Shown here: positions 50,430 to 64,000 of the stretch, in pieces
Position numbering within the stretch: position 1 is the stretch's first letter
Layout of the letters: every line of letters starts with the position of its first letter
Made by a program: the position numbers and the translations under genes
The notes under the pieces: model-generated
Database searches by the model: none
What the model was told of the DNA's origin: nothing
The model's input: only the letters and a program-made list of their open reading frames with translations
From: Mytilus californianus
Taxonomy: Eukaryota
DNA: 64,000 nt
Direction of reading: 5' to 3'
Assembly: GCF_021869535.1 (NCBI RefSeq)
Contig: NW_026262695.1
Span: 1,736,001 to 1,800,000 of the forward strand

Positions 50430-52250
50430 GTCTGATATTGAACATTACTTTGTAACAACATAAACGATGAACGGGTTTCAAGGTTAGTCACTCATTCGAA
50501 AGGACCACCTCGATTATTGGACGAAAAGGGTTTGTAACACCTCCTTCAGGTTAAATCATTAAAAAAATATTCATTCGTCTAATTGGCCAATATCAACGTG
50601 CCACTGAAGCGTCCCTAACAACGTATCGACCGATAACGTTTTATGATCAATTTTGAACTTTTTTTGTCAGCAGATTTAGTATACGATTCTTTCAGGTAAT
50701 CTTATATGTTCCAGAGCCTTCAACGAAACTCTTCAAGATTCCAATTTGTTATACAGCTCCTGAGGAAGAGGCTCATACCAGTCTGACGTGTTTTGAAGTG
50801 GTGATCTGAATATCAATTTTCCTAGAATAATTTCTGGTGACAGAAAAGCCATCGGGTCAAATATTGAGCTAATAGTTGGTAGTATGCCTCGGCGTGCATG
50901 AGGTTTGGATTTAGTTTCAAGCTTAATGATGAACGCATCAAAATCTAGACCGCAATGTAAGCCTAGACGTCTGTGAGCTGGCAATATATCTTCAGACAAA
51001 CCAACTTCTTTCGTTCATAACTTTAACAAGATTTTCCTAATGAAAAGGCATTTATAACTTATAAAGCCAGACTTTGCTCTCTGAACTGAGAGCCATTTGA
51101 GTCCTTAGCATTAAATAGATAGCAATAGATTATGACGGGAGACAAGTAAGTCAATCATCGACGCAAAAGTCTCTTGGGACAAAGTTAACGACATCAGGAT
51201 CAAATTTGTCCGCACTTATTTTTGCTGTTTTTCGTAACTCGTAATTTGCAATGGTATGGACTGGTTGGTTACCAAAACATGCACGCACATTAGATATTTT
51301 ATTAGCTGATTTTTTGGATTATTGTCGTTAAGAAGGCTGTTGTCGAGGGGTGTCGAGTGACCTTGCTCTTTAAGCTGCTTGTTCTTCGTTGAAATGTAAT
51401 TTTGATTTATTGTTTCGGAATGGAATTGACAGTCCCTCACATGATCCCAAACCAGAGTCAATTAATGTAAGGTTTGGGATCATTCCCATGTTATTTTTCG
51501 CCTAAGATAGTCCATTTAAGTGAAATACGTTGTGCATAAGGTGAGCTACCTCGTCCAATTATTTGTTCCAGGACATGATGCACTGTAATAATGTCTCGGC
51601 CTAAGAGTAGAAGAATGTTTGTATTGTCATCTAGCGTTCGGTTGTATTATTTGATGTCGTTGCGGTGAGGATTGTATAATGTAACATATAGTGTTGCAAT
51701 ATCTGAGCACTTACCAGGTACGTCGGTACACTCTTTGAGTGTAAGCAAGTTGAGAAGCATTCCTATCAAGAGATTCACAACAAGTTCTTGAAGTTTCATC
51801 CTTCCACCACAAGGCAACAACGAATTGTTAATTTGTTCACATTTAATCTCGAAGTTCTAATTTAGCTAGTGAATTGCTTGATTGATCATCACTAATAGCA
51901 TACAACTTGACAGCTTTATCGTGTTTTGATATACTTTGGATATAAATGCATTGACTAGGAATGTTTTAGCACACGATTTTCTCCTAATGTCTTTCCGTAA
52001 ATTTAGGAGCATCGTGATTCAAAGAACCTAATAACGTGAATTATGCAGAGGACAATGCTTTTCACTAAATGAAATATTTTGCACTGATTGAACTGTTTTG
52101 TGTATTCTATATAACTGATCTTTAACCGATGATTTATGAAATCCTCGCTGTCTCTTTCCTCTACTTTTCACTGACTAATCATCATAGCTAACGCTTGGAT
52201 TGTTTTTAATTTTGCTCTGATCTCTGCTAAGCTTTACAAGACAGTATATG
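50430..52250 (-). mobile_element. BEL/Pao LTR retrotransposon remnant (heavily decayed)
   Basis: ILLLLGRDIITVHHVLEQIIGRGSSPYAQRISLKWTILG (Pao protease-linker pattern, ~51490-51630) and KPHARRGILPTISSIFDPMAFLSPEIILGKL...WYEPLP (Pao RNase H lead-in, ~50760-50920). Confidence 0.8.
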
Positions 52251-52629
52251 GAGGAAGTGTTACGTAATGAGTGTTCGTGTATTTTTAAAAGGTCCGTTAA
52301 TAGCATTAGAAATTATTAACTAATTCAGGCAACATTTGCCCTTAGATGTATTTTGCTATAAATGTTAAGCCCTTTTTGGGATATATGTCTGTTGTCATCT
52401 GTGAAACAGATTATCCAGAACGGTCAAACAACTCGAGATGACGTCCATAACATTTTCAAAGGGATGACTTCAACTTTATTACAAACAGTCAAAATGTTGT
52501 AAAATCTTTTGTTAGTACAACTTTGAAGGTCACTAGCTTTTATCAACCCCAGCTGTGGTGCGTGTTACTTAGTCACACATCAAACATTCATACAGTTATA
52601 TTAGCAATACATTTTGAATATCTATTTAT

Positions 52630-55600
52630 CTATAACAATAATGGTATCAAAGTTCCATTTTCTTTTATTTTTGACTGCCATTATCTTTACTAAATTGTAC
52701 ATATATTTGAGGTTTTCTTTAATGACACTGAGTGAAAGATTCTTTAAAAAACATCTACTGTTGTATATATATTGTTTCATGTATAGAAAAATCAAATTAT
52801 ATGGGTCACCTTTTCGAACTTTTGATAATTCTCCAAAAATAAAATTTAACTTATTCAATGGCTGGCGTACCCCAGCAAATAAAAACCAATAATCAATATA
52901 TTGTAAAACATTTTGGATAATCTCACAATTCCACAGAATATGTTCAACAGTTTCATCTTCTAATTTACAAAAAGTACATAAAGGGTTATCAATAAGTTTG
53001 ATTTCACATAAACATTTATTTGTGGAAAGAATTCTGTGGTTGATTCTGTACTCATGCCACTGTAGTTTAGTATTGACAGTGACTGTAAAAGGTAGTTTGA
53101 ATATATGTTTCCAAATGAGATCTTCCCCAAATATTTCACCCCACTTCAGTTGTCCTGTTGGAGTTACATTGTTATTAATAAGTACTTTCTACATATCTTT
53201 AGAACCTTTTCTACTTTTAAAAAAGATTTGTAAGCAAGCCGGAATGAATGGACAACATAACTTTTATTAATCTTTCTTGTAATTATTTGCTGCCTTTTTA
53301 ATAGCAGAAATAACACTCATGTAATTCAAAATTAAAAAAAAAAAACATTGATATTGTAACATTGCTATAACAATTCTAATGAAATATAAAATCCATTTTC
53401 ATCTATTACATCATTTACATATTGTAACCAATGTTGATAAAAAACAGGTTTATTGCCAATTCTGATCATATTGTTAAACCAAATAGGGCTAAATAAAAAA
53501 TATTCATAGTCCATATTTCTCTCTTTATCAATTATCATTTCCCATGCTCTGAATACATCTTTCCAAAAACGGATTTTAATATATAAACAAACTTGTTTGA
53601 TATACTGAACACCACAGTTAAAAAATTTATTTTTATCAATATCAGACATCAGGATACTTTGCCACTTATTATCTCTCTGAAAAATCCTTCTAATCCATGA
53701 TGATTTTAGTGCCATAGTAAAACTATAAAGATCTGTCATTTTTAATTCACCCTCCAAATATACTTTAATCAATACGTCTTTCTTCACTCTATGTTTAGGA
53801 GAGTTCCATACAAACTTATAAAAAATTTCATTATTTTTTTTGGAATACACTGTCTGAAGGAGTAGGCAAAGAAATAATAAGGTGGTTTAAAAAAGGTAAA
53901 ACAAGAGTTTTTATCACAGTTATTCTACCTATTTCTGTAAGGTTTCTTTTTAACCGCTGTTTTATTATGTTCTTAATCTGTACAACTTTATCATTATAGT
54001 TGATGATGACAATATTTTCTAAGTCCACATCAAAATGTATACCTAGTAATTTAAAAGTTGTCTCTCCCCATGAAAGGTTTACATCAAGACATAAAATGTC
54101 CTTGCTATACTTTTTACTTCCAATCAAAATTACTTGTGTTTTTGCTAAATTTATATTTAGGCCAGATATTTTTTTCAAACCAATCCAACTCAGATAAGGA
54201 TTCATATCAAGATTTTTCACTACCATCTAAAATCAATGAAGTGTCATCAGCAAACTGTGACAACTAATGCTCAACTTGAGTAACTTCAATACCACAAATT
54301 TCCTTATTTCCTCTTATCTTGATTTCAAGAATCTCAGCACATAGTATGAAAAGATAAGGTAAAAGCATATCACCTTGTCGACAGCCCCGACCTATGTTAA
54401 AAAATTCAGAAAGGTTACCCCTGTATAATTGCAGACTTGATATTTTTATAAAACGCTTTTATCCAGTTGATAATTGATTCCCCAAAATTAAAGAACTTTG
54501 AAACATTTAGCAAGAAATCCAAAGAAATAGAATCAAAAGCTTTTTCAAAATCAATTAACAACAAGAGCCCAGGTATTTCATGATCTTCTGTATATTGCAT
54601 GCTATCATATAAAAGCCTTATATTTTCTCCTATGTACCTCCCACAAATAAAACCAGTCTGATCTAGATTAAAAAGTTTGTCAAGGACACTCTAATATCTG
54701 TTTGCAATTATTGCTGACCCAATCTTATAGGCAGTGTTTAAAAGTGTAATAGGACGCCAATTTCCGACGAGGCTTATTTCCTTTTGGAAGACAAGTAATA
54801 ATTCCTTGTTTTTGTGTTACTGACAATTCTGCTTGTTCTGAATCATAATTTAAAGATTCAATCACAAAAACACTGGAGATCTTTAAAAAAAAAATGAAAA
54901 ATTCAGTTGAAAAGCCATCAGAGCCTGGAGTTTTATTATTTTTCATATGTTTAATGCTTGTCCGGCCACTTTGAGTGTGATTCTACCCTCCAAGCTCTCC
55001 TTCCCATCACTTAAAAGTATTGAAACATTTACATGTTTAAGATCTTCTTTCAGATCAGCTACTGAACTTGAGTTATATCTCTTTTTATACAAATTTTCGT
55101 GGAAAAGCTTTAAATATGGTTCTGATCAGTAAGTATAACCCCATTATCTTTTTCAATTTTTGGTATAATTTTACTCATAAAATTTTTTGACTCCAGTCCA
55201 CAAAAATAATTTGTTGGTTTTTCTCCTTCCTCTGTCCATTGAACACGTGATCTGACTATTTTCCCCTTTAACTTCTTACTACGTAATTATTCAAGTTCAA
55301 CTTTTTGCTCTCAAGTTTAGTCATTGAAAGTCCGTCAACATTATCCTCTAACTGTATAATGTCATTTCGTGAAGTTGTTTCACTTTTTTTCAGATTCCCT
55401 CTTTTTGTAACTGGAGTAAGAAATACTTTTTCCCCTGATTTCCATCAATAAAGTTTCACGAAAATGATGGTGATAAATTATTAATTAAATATCTTCATTA
55501 TCAATCTCATCAATATTATCGAAATTATAAACAAGTGCATAATATTGCGCTTTGATTTCACTTATCTTTTGTTTAACTGTATTTATATTCTATATCATAC

Positions 55601-56200
55601 AGTAAAGAGATCTTGAATTTCCTTAAACCTTTTCCTCTAATAAAAGGATTAAGTTCCAGTTCAAGTAATACCATAGAATGATCTGAACGATAGCTTGGAT
55701 GTACTTCACAGTTTGTGAGACTATTTAACAAACGATAGCTTAGATGTACTTCACAGTTTTTGAGACTATTTAACATATTATCTGTAAGAAGAAAGAAGTC
55801 TAATCTAGCATGTTTAAATGGAGTTCTTTTTCTCCAAGAATACCTACTTTCTTCAATGTATTCTAAAATACTTTCTCTAGCCTTATTGTTATAAGTATGT
55901 TTTTAGTTACAATAATCTATATAAGGTTTCTGTACAAAATTGAAATCACCACAAATTATGTAACTTTCGTTTTCAAAATCATCAACAATGCTCATAATAT
56001 TATCAAAAAATTCAGGACTATCCATATTTTGTCCATATAAGCACACTACAGTATTTTTTGATTTTCTACAAAAACTTCTAAAACTTAAATAGTGACCATT
56101 TATATCTTTTTTGCTTTTAACACTTTGAACTCAAAATTATTGTTGAATAATATGGCAACATCTCTAGAATTTGAACTGACAGAAGAAAAATAACTTATTT
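52630..56200 (-). mobile_element. Tx1/L1-clade LINE ORF2, 5'-truncated and fragmented (APE endonuclease, RT, zf-RVT)
   Basis: APE: SNSRDVAILF, ICGDFNF, ARLDFFL, YRSDHS. RT: KTPGSDGF, GLLLLIDFEKAFDSI, RQGD, QFADDT, GLNINLAKT, FKLLGIHF. 3' region: KFVWNS..HRVKK. Many stops and frameshifts. Confidence 0.92.
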
Positions 56201-59200
56201 AGTCTTTAGTATTCTAGGTGTTTTCTGAAGTATTCAACGTCTTTCGGGTTGGTTTCTTTTTTTTTTTTTTGTCATGAAGTTGTCAGTTTATCTTCTACTT
56301 ATGAGTATTGAATGTCCCCTTGATATCTTTTCAGTTATATATAAGCATTTGAAATCCGGTTAAATGATCAGAAAATAAAAACAATTTTCAGTGCAAATTT
56401 AAAGCTGTAAAAAAAGTGCGTTTGAACAGAGTTTGAGAAACATTTTCCTCATAACCCTGGAAATATTTTTGAATATGTTTTAACCGTTGTCATGTTATTG
56501 AAACACGGATTTAAATTAGACATTGTTAGAATCAATACCCTTGGTCTAGTTTGGCTTACTTTGTTCCAGAGAATTGACGGAAGAGTGTTAAGTTAGAGTT
56601 CGTTTCATATTTGTTTGTTTTCTATATATATAAACCAGGGTGGACTCTGGAAAATGGAACGTTTCAGGAACATGCACCTTTTTTATTGTAGATAGGAGTT
56701 GTAAATAAATGTTGGTTTTCAAACATAATGAAGTTTAGAAAAAATACAATTTTAATGAATATCGACAGAAATGGCTGCCTGAAAAATACAAATGATTGAG
56801 TTGAACTGCAAAGTAAAAAAAAATAAAAATAAAACTCGACACAAAATAATGTTGTTAAAGAACAGTTTGTGTGTTTTTTTTTTGTGCCAAAGAACTACTA
56901 TTTTCACATTTCTGAAATTTGAAAAACTATAGTATGTTGGAATTATTTTTAATAGAAAGCTTATCCAGCTAGATTTAAAAATTTCAGAAAATTAAATGAT
57001 ATATAACATGTTTTTACAAAGTGTAGAATATATTTAAAGTATTCAAGAAGTAGCCATAATAATAACTTGCTTTTCCTATTTAGTACATTTTTTTTATAAC
57101 TGTATATGGTTTTGCCGCATTATCATATACTTCGTTTTTGTTGTAAAACGCTGACATTCCTAGTAGACATCAGTTTACTGCATCTAGAAAACTTGATTTA
57201 CATCAGATTTCCCTTCTACCGGAAAAAAAGAAATATATCATCGGCTATTTTTGTTTTCGGTATAAGGGAGATACGTTTGTTGTTAATAAGGTTTTCCAGA
57301 TACTGTATACTTATGTCTGATGAGATCTTGAAAAATCTCAACAAAGATTTTCGAATGTCTTTTATAACATTTCCTGTCTATTTCAAATTTAGAAAACTTT
57401 GACAATTCAGATTCTAGATGTAAAAAAAAAAAAAAAAACCCACGCACACATCAAAAAATCGTACCAACAAAATTTTGAAACAAGACAAGGCTGGTAGTGT
57501 CCCGAAAACAAGCACCCAAACGGGACCAAAACAGATTCTAAGCTACTGTAAGGGGTGTTTGCTGGACTTGTCAGAGTACACAGATTCAATCTTGGGTCAG
57601 TGCTCTTCGAAACACTCTTCAATCAACTCTTTTGAAAACATAAGCAACACAATCGTATTTTCCAAATAAAAGACAATTTGAAATCAAAAACAATAACTTA
57701 ATAAGGTTTCAAATACCGGATAATGAGCATTAGTATGTAAAATTGACATATGAATAATTTTATTAGAATAATAATGACAATTTACTTCTGTATACAAAAA
57801 AAAAACATTGGTTAAGATTTTTTAAATCATGTATAAGGAGGGGTCATCTACATTAGATCACATGCTGTAGTATATAAGGGATAAATTCAGTAAATAAATA
57901 ACGTCATTAAGGACTGCCCATTTGGGGAAGAGCTTTCTGTTTAACACTGAAGTCCTGTGCTCTTCTGATTGGTAGATAATGTTTTTGATAATTATTTTTT
58001 AATAGATAGATCAAAACTATGGTTAAAAAAAAATGAATATTGAATGCACTTAATTTTTTTTACTGCTAGGTTGAAAAGGGTCAATGTAGAAATTAAGTGC
58101 GAAATTACAGTGTTTGAAAACAAGGCCATGTGAATTGCTCAAAAAATGCCGCATGACCCTGTGTTTTTAAAGATGCAAAAGATGGGACTATATTTGTATT
58201 TTGATGAATAATATGAGAACTTATGATTTCCAGATGTAAAGCAGGTATAAATTGAATTCAAAAAATAGGTTTGCATTGAAGTCAATGGGAGATTTTTTAC
58301 TGAATTTACCCCATTAGCCTCTATAGAATATATTCAATAAATCTTTGTAGTATTGTAGGTTTCCTTATGTATGAAAACACTTTTTTTAATCATATTAAAA
58401 AGGCAAGACCCCTTAAGCTCAAGTTATTTTTTTTTAAATCAAAACAATGCATCTTTTTACAGATCTGTATATTACAATTTTCTGATAGAAATCTAGCATA
58501 AACAGCAAGTAATATAACTTACACCAAGATGTCGTTAAATGAAATTTGATACCCTGCATTTATCACGCTTTTCAATAAATTATGGTCAAATCGCTGTAAG
58601 ACTCCCCTCCTAAATATATGAAAACTATCATTCTACATTAACAATAATATCTTGGTGTAAATTATATACACCCATTCGGACTAACGCCCTCAATGTGTAT
58701 CTAATATATATATATGTCACCATAATCCTTCAACAATGAGTAAAAGCCATACCGTATAAAGTCAGCTGTTATATGTCCGACATGACAACAAGTGAAACAA
58801 TTCAAACATAAAACCCAACAGCCTGATTTATAACAAAGTAATAAATAAAAAACAGATATAACAGCCAGAAACCAAAGAAAACGCTTGTATCAAAGGCTCC
58901 TGATTTTGAATAGACAAGTGCAGAATATGGCGGGGTTAAAAATGCTTGTGAGTGCTCAAAACTACCCTTTACCTGGGACAATGGTGTAACTGCACAACAT
59001 AAGAACAAACTGTAAAAAGAGCAACTTAAAACATACAGACAAATGACACAACGTAACGATCTTAGGATTCTCACAGTTACTGAAGGCTAGGTATATACGT
59101 AACGATATCGATACCAATTTCACGGCACTAGATGCGCACTTTGGTAATGAATGTCTTCATTGATGCTCGAGGCCAAAATATGTTAAATCCAAAACATAAT

Positions 59201-59709
59201 TCAAATAACGTAGAGCTGATAAAATCAAAGGTGCTTACCGCACAGAAAGTAATGCTCTAATCAAGGATCAATGAGTTCACATGGATCGTTTCTAAATGTA
59301 CAGGTTCTATAACCAACATCATCGAAAGTTTAGATTTGACCCTCTAGAAAAGATTTAAGAAATGTATAAAAATTCCACATGTGGCTCATTTTCAAAAAGA
59401 CGAGGTCTACGAAATTTTAGCCAATCATTTTATTGTTTTGTGCATAAATAAGGCATTTGGTTTTCACGTATGAATGGTTTTATATTTCATAATTCGGGGC
59501 CTTTTATAGCTAACTATGCGGTATGACTTTCGCTCATTGTTGAAGCTCGTACGGTGGCCTGTAGTGGGTAACTTTTGTATCATTTGGTCTCTAGTGAAAA
59601 GTTTTCTCATTGGCAATCATACCACAACTTCTCATTTTTAAAAGAGCCGTGGATTGCTGAATACCGTAGGCATATTTCCTAAACGTTCATGTAAAATAAT
59701 GCGTCAACA

Positions 59710-59857
59710 GTTATTGGCCATTCAAATCGGTATATATCATTTAATCTGCACGGTCGATATGACCCTTTAACCCGAAATCATACGTCGTTTTGGGTCAAGT
59801 AAGGTCACCCGAACCATGCAGTTTAAATGACATATATCGATTTAATTGTTCAATAAC
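59710..59857. repeat. Imperfect palindrome (~55-bp arms)
   Basis: gttattggccattcaaatcggtatatatcatttaatctgcacggtcgatatgacc pairs with ggtcacccgaaccatgcagtttaaatgacatatatcgatttaattgttcaataac. Confidence 0.7.
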
Positions 59858-61089
59858 TATAACATATTTATTCGGGTATCAAATATATCAAACCGTTATC
59901 ACAATAGACAGACTGAAAGAAAGATATAGGAAAATAAACAAACTCTTAGCGGGATACAGAGTCTTCGTTGAACATGACTTTTGTTTAAGTGAACATCTAA
60001 ATGCATTCATGTTGGACTATTGCTCAATTTTGAGACTGAGTGTCGTATTTATATTTCACCTAATTTTCAATCTTATCAATGGAAATAAACTATTTTCCAC
60101 TTCCCTATTGAAACAAAAAAAGTTCCTCTAAAAGTATAGAATAAAACGATTAATTCAGAAGAAACAGGCTCCCACTTCAACAAAAAATGAGTGGTCAGTG
60201 CCTAACACGTTTTATTTTATTGACGAGATAAATACTAATGCCCACATTGATTTTGCCTTGTTGGGCATTCATCGACGATCATATAACTAACATAAAAACC
60301 ATAGACAAAAAACACCAATATAAGAGAACTTGCAGTTACTGAAAGCTAGTTCAAAGTCAATTACAGCTAATAAATAGTTCATGTTCTCCAAGTCTAAAAT
60401 ATCAATCAGAACACAACCAACGGATTTACTGTAAAGACGTCATTAACAGTCTGGGACCTTGTGCAATGCTAAAATATAAGTAAACAGTATCGACAGAATG
60501 TATGATGAGTTCTCATACCTGTCCATATAAAGCCATATATTTCGATATGTTTTCATTTGCCAAAAACAAAATCAATATTTATACCGATACAAACAAAATT
60601 TATAGATGTTTCTACTGTGTTAAATTGACAACCTTTAAAAATAAGTTTATTCAAAGGATCAATGAGTTTATATGGATTGTTTCTAAATTTACAGGCTCTA
60701 TAAACAACTTCACATTAGGATGTGATATCCTGTTTTCAATAAGAATTCTCCAGGAACAGGCAAACTCCTAACCACAATTTTGTATCTATGAAAGAATCAG
60801 ATAAAATTTTAAATTAATTTGTGGTAACAAAATCCCTGCCTTAATTTGTTTTTTAAATAATACCAAGTCGGTTTACGATTTCTACAGAGCTCATGTTACT
60901 ATATTTAGCTGTAACTATCTTGTTTGACTTTGCATATAAAATTTACCTACTTACTTACTTACAGATAGTATCTTCAATGCGGCGTTCATACAGTGCCGAT
61001 TATGGCTCCGGTTTGAGATCAGACAGCGCTAAGACACGAAAAGTTAAAAAGTCAAATTACTATCTTCATTGATCTGTGATGTCCTAACA

Positions 61090-61825
61090 TTGTCTTAACG
61101 AAGTCGTACACGTTCGTAACAGATTCCTATGGATCTGGAATGGCACGGAAAGGTCGGACAAGCACCTCCGACAGTTAGGTGCGTCCCGTAACATTCGGGG
61201 AAACTCAGCCGATTTTGTCTAGTCGGATTACAATCGTGATTATGTCGTGACAGATTCTGATGTATCGGATTAAAATCGTAACAATGTTCTGTGTTTTCTG
61301 CAAGTTGTCCTCTGGAACGTGCATGATCTGGAGAATTTGTCATTGCTGTTTTTTTTGCCGATTGAGTCCAGATTGCATCCAGATCTTGCCGAAACCGTCC
61401 TGGAATAGTCCCGTTAATAATACGAAATTCCGCAATGATTCCCACGTCAGAGTCATAACAATTACAGATCACAATACGACTGAGTCCAGACAAAGCCGTG
61501 TACAATGCGGTACAGCAGACTGTGATAGGATTGCGTTCCGACAGTACCCGATCATCCCGAATATGGCATCAGTTTTCTAACGGATATCTTCCGTCAGCGT
61601 CGATTCACCGTCCGGTCACTGTCTGATCTATGTCGGATCACATTCGTTAGAATCGGGACGCTGTTGGGACAGATTCGGTCGTTTTGCACCATGCGAAAGA
61701 TACAAATCGGATGAGAATCGGATTGAGAACAGGTTAATTGGGACAAATTCGTTTGGAAACGGCTGAATTTGGACGCTTTCTGAACAATATCTGATTGTTT
61801 TCGTGATAGACGAGTGACATTAACC
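61090..61825. other. GC/CpG-enriched non-coding island, possible MITE
   Basis: Sharp compositional shift with many cg, tcgg and atcgga words, bounded by ttaa words with weak inverted similarity. None of its ORFs resembles a protein I recognise. Confidence 0.35.
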
Positions 61826-64000
61826 ATAAAATTTTATTTTTAATGCACCCACCTAACATACGGCTAAATCGTATACTATTCGAAAGCACAACATTTGTAC
61901 TATCTTTTTTGCCCGGTCGTCAAAAATTCGTATGGTGCAGTTTCCGTCAAATCACAACGAAAGGTCAAGGACAGACAACTTCTAATTTTACAAGATGTCA
62001 GCATATTTGCATATTCTGTCTTCTGACTAATAATATTTTGTATGGAAATATAGAAATCTGTTAGAACAGATGTTAATAGTAATTTTTCAAAAACAGTTTG
62101 AAATATTAATGTCGGATTATTAGTAAATAGCGCGGTTTTCCAGAAATTTCATTGAAAATGACAAAAATGCATGAAAACAAACTATTTTGTCTGTGCATCA
62201 ACTGTTATTCACCATAAAACAACAAATAACATATTTAATTTGGTGTTAAGGATGTTTTTGACATAATTAGATTACTGCAATTACGCTTCTTGTTAGGTAA
62301 ACAGCCAATTATAACAACCATGCAGTTGCCCAAAATACCGCCATCTGCAAAAAGATAGCTTTTTAGCTGTTCTTTGTTAAAACAATTTGTATGTAGTCGA
62401 TATTAGGTTGAAAAACACGAATCTTAAAAGTGCAAAAATGTTAAAGGACAGAATACACAGGTCATTCATGCTTTTAGGGGAATGTTTTGGAGCGAAACTT
62501 TGATATTTCAATATTTCAATATTTATATGTTTTCTTGGTTGCTTATACTACATCTTGCATTGACTGAGGAAGTGAAAAATATTAAAAGCTAGCCACTGAA
62601 ATGTTCTTTATGCCTGGTCAAGGTATTTAATCCTATCAAACTACGAAATTCTTGGAATAAATTGAGACTTTCGCATTTATATTTACTTACATTATTTTTT
62701 TAGATGGAAATTCTAGCAATTCGCAATAACAATACATACACTTCCTGAATAGTTTACATATACATACATTGTAATATAAAGATGATTGATGAATTGTTAG
62801 TGTTTGACGCAATTTTCAGCACTTTTGGCTACTAAAGTATTTAGCGGCGATCAGTTTTTATTGGTTTAGGCCCACGGAGTGCCCAAGGAACCACCGACCT
62901 TTGGCAGGAAAACTGGCAATCCCCATCAACAATTCATTAGTTATAGTTATTTAGTATCAAGGATGAAATTACTGTGTAGGTGTCACAACAAAAATCTACC
63001 AATCAGCATCAATTATCTTTTGTAAAAGTAGGCAACATCTTACAAAACAAAGCAGTTTTGATATTGATGTTTACTTCAGCTAAATGTTGCAAGTAGTAAA
63101 GTTGCTTAATAGAAACAGAAATGCATTTGAACAACTTTTATTTAAAATCTAATTTGCCATGTTTTTGCAGCATTGGTTGGACATTGACATATTAACCTAA
63201 AGATAGACATGTACATTAAGAATAAATATGGTTAAAATGAAGTTATTTTATTCTAAAATATCTATACAATTGTGAGAAATGAAAATTGTGGTTGAAATTA
63301 TCCAGTGGCAGTCGGTCGGTCCTATGTATGTTGCATTGTTGTTTTTTTTTTTGTTTTTTTTTGTTGCACTTCAGTGTTCCTGTTGTTTCGTTGTTTTCCT
63401 CTTAATGTTGATGTATTACCCTTGGTTTTAGTTTGTATCCCAAATTTGTTTTCTCCCAATCGATTTACGACTTTTGAACAGGGTATACTACTGTTGCCTT
63501 TATTTATCCAGTTTTTTAATTGGTTTCATGTCATCTAATCTTAAGTTTTGTTTGTAGATATTTATTGTGCACTGAGCCCTTTGTTGTTGATCTGACAGCG
63601 ACTTTTGGTGATTTTCATATTTTTTCCGTTCGGGTTTCTAATGGTGCGAAGATCTCACAACACTAATAAGTGATATATAAATTCAGATCTATCACGACTC
63701 GCCTGCTTATTTATCATATGAGAATAACGAAATCAGAGATCTACATTTTAATAAGATTGGGATTAATATTATGAGATAGCTTGAAAGCAGGTATGCTCTG
63801 GTAACTTTTAAGAGATTACTATTTTTAACTCTATTTGAATATGTTTATTATGAAACAAATTCCTTCACGTATAACCTCCATATGTGCACTTTGAACTTCC
63901 TTACTTCTACCAAGCAATGTCGGAGGAATATTGCTCATTACAATTTGTTTAGACTAACTGGAGTCGATTTCACAAAAGCACTTACGACTAAGATTGGTCG

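Noticed and set aside
57407-57669. Moderately GC-rich stretch with ORFs on both strands
   Set aside because: Stops interrupt the most protein-like frame, and there are no splice partners or recognisable motifs.
57828-58620. Possible MITE bounded by aggagggg / cccctcct
   Set aside because: Inverted similarity is only ~10 bp with mismatched flanks and no TSD, too weak without other copies.

Overview
AT-rich, repeat-dense animal genomic DNA. The dispersed repeat families and gene content suggest a bivalve, most likely Mytilus (inference from recognition, not a database hit). The main host feature is largely invisible in the ORF track. It is a 14-exon minus-strand gene (ATG 36442, stop 3985) that I assembled by hand from GT-AG junctions with consistent phases: 2271 nt, 756 codons plus stop. 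It joins an N-terminal DZIP3-like HEPN domain (RNKVCH motif intact), a coiled/linker region, a TRADD-N-like exon and a CxxC-CxxC exon to a complete JADE/rhinoceros-type PZP chromatin reader (PHD, Zn-knuckle, ePHD) with a basic tail. One in-frame TAA (31928-31930) lies in a skippable symmetric exon. Its introns hold a complete but inactivated Ginger-like DDE transposon (TGT...ACA ends, TATA TSD, intron-containing transposase), a Tx1/L1 3' remnant, a palindrome plus ~536-bp tandem array, Penelope-like RT scraps and SINE-like repeats. Upstream (41.7-56.2 kb) lie a two-LTR Gypsy element that lacks integrase but carries a coiled-coil ORF, a decayed BEL/Pao remnant and a decayed Tx1/L1 LINE, all on the minus strand. 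No rRNA, intact tRNA or CRISPR array was seen. All domain calls come from motif recognition by eye and need HMM or RNA-seq confirmation.
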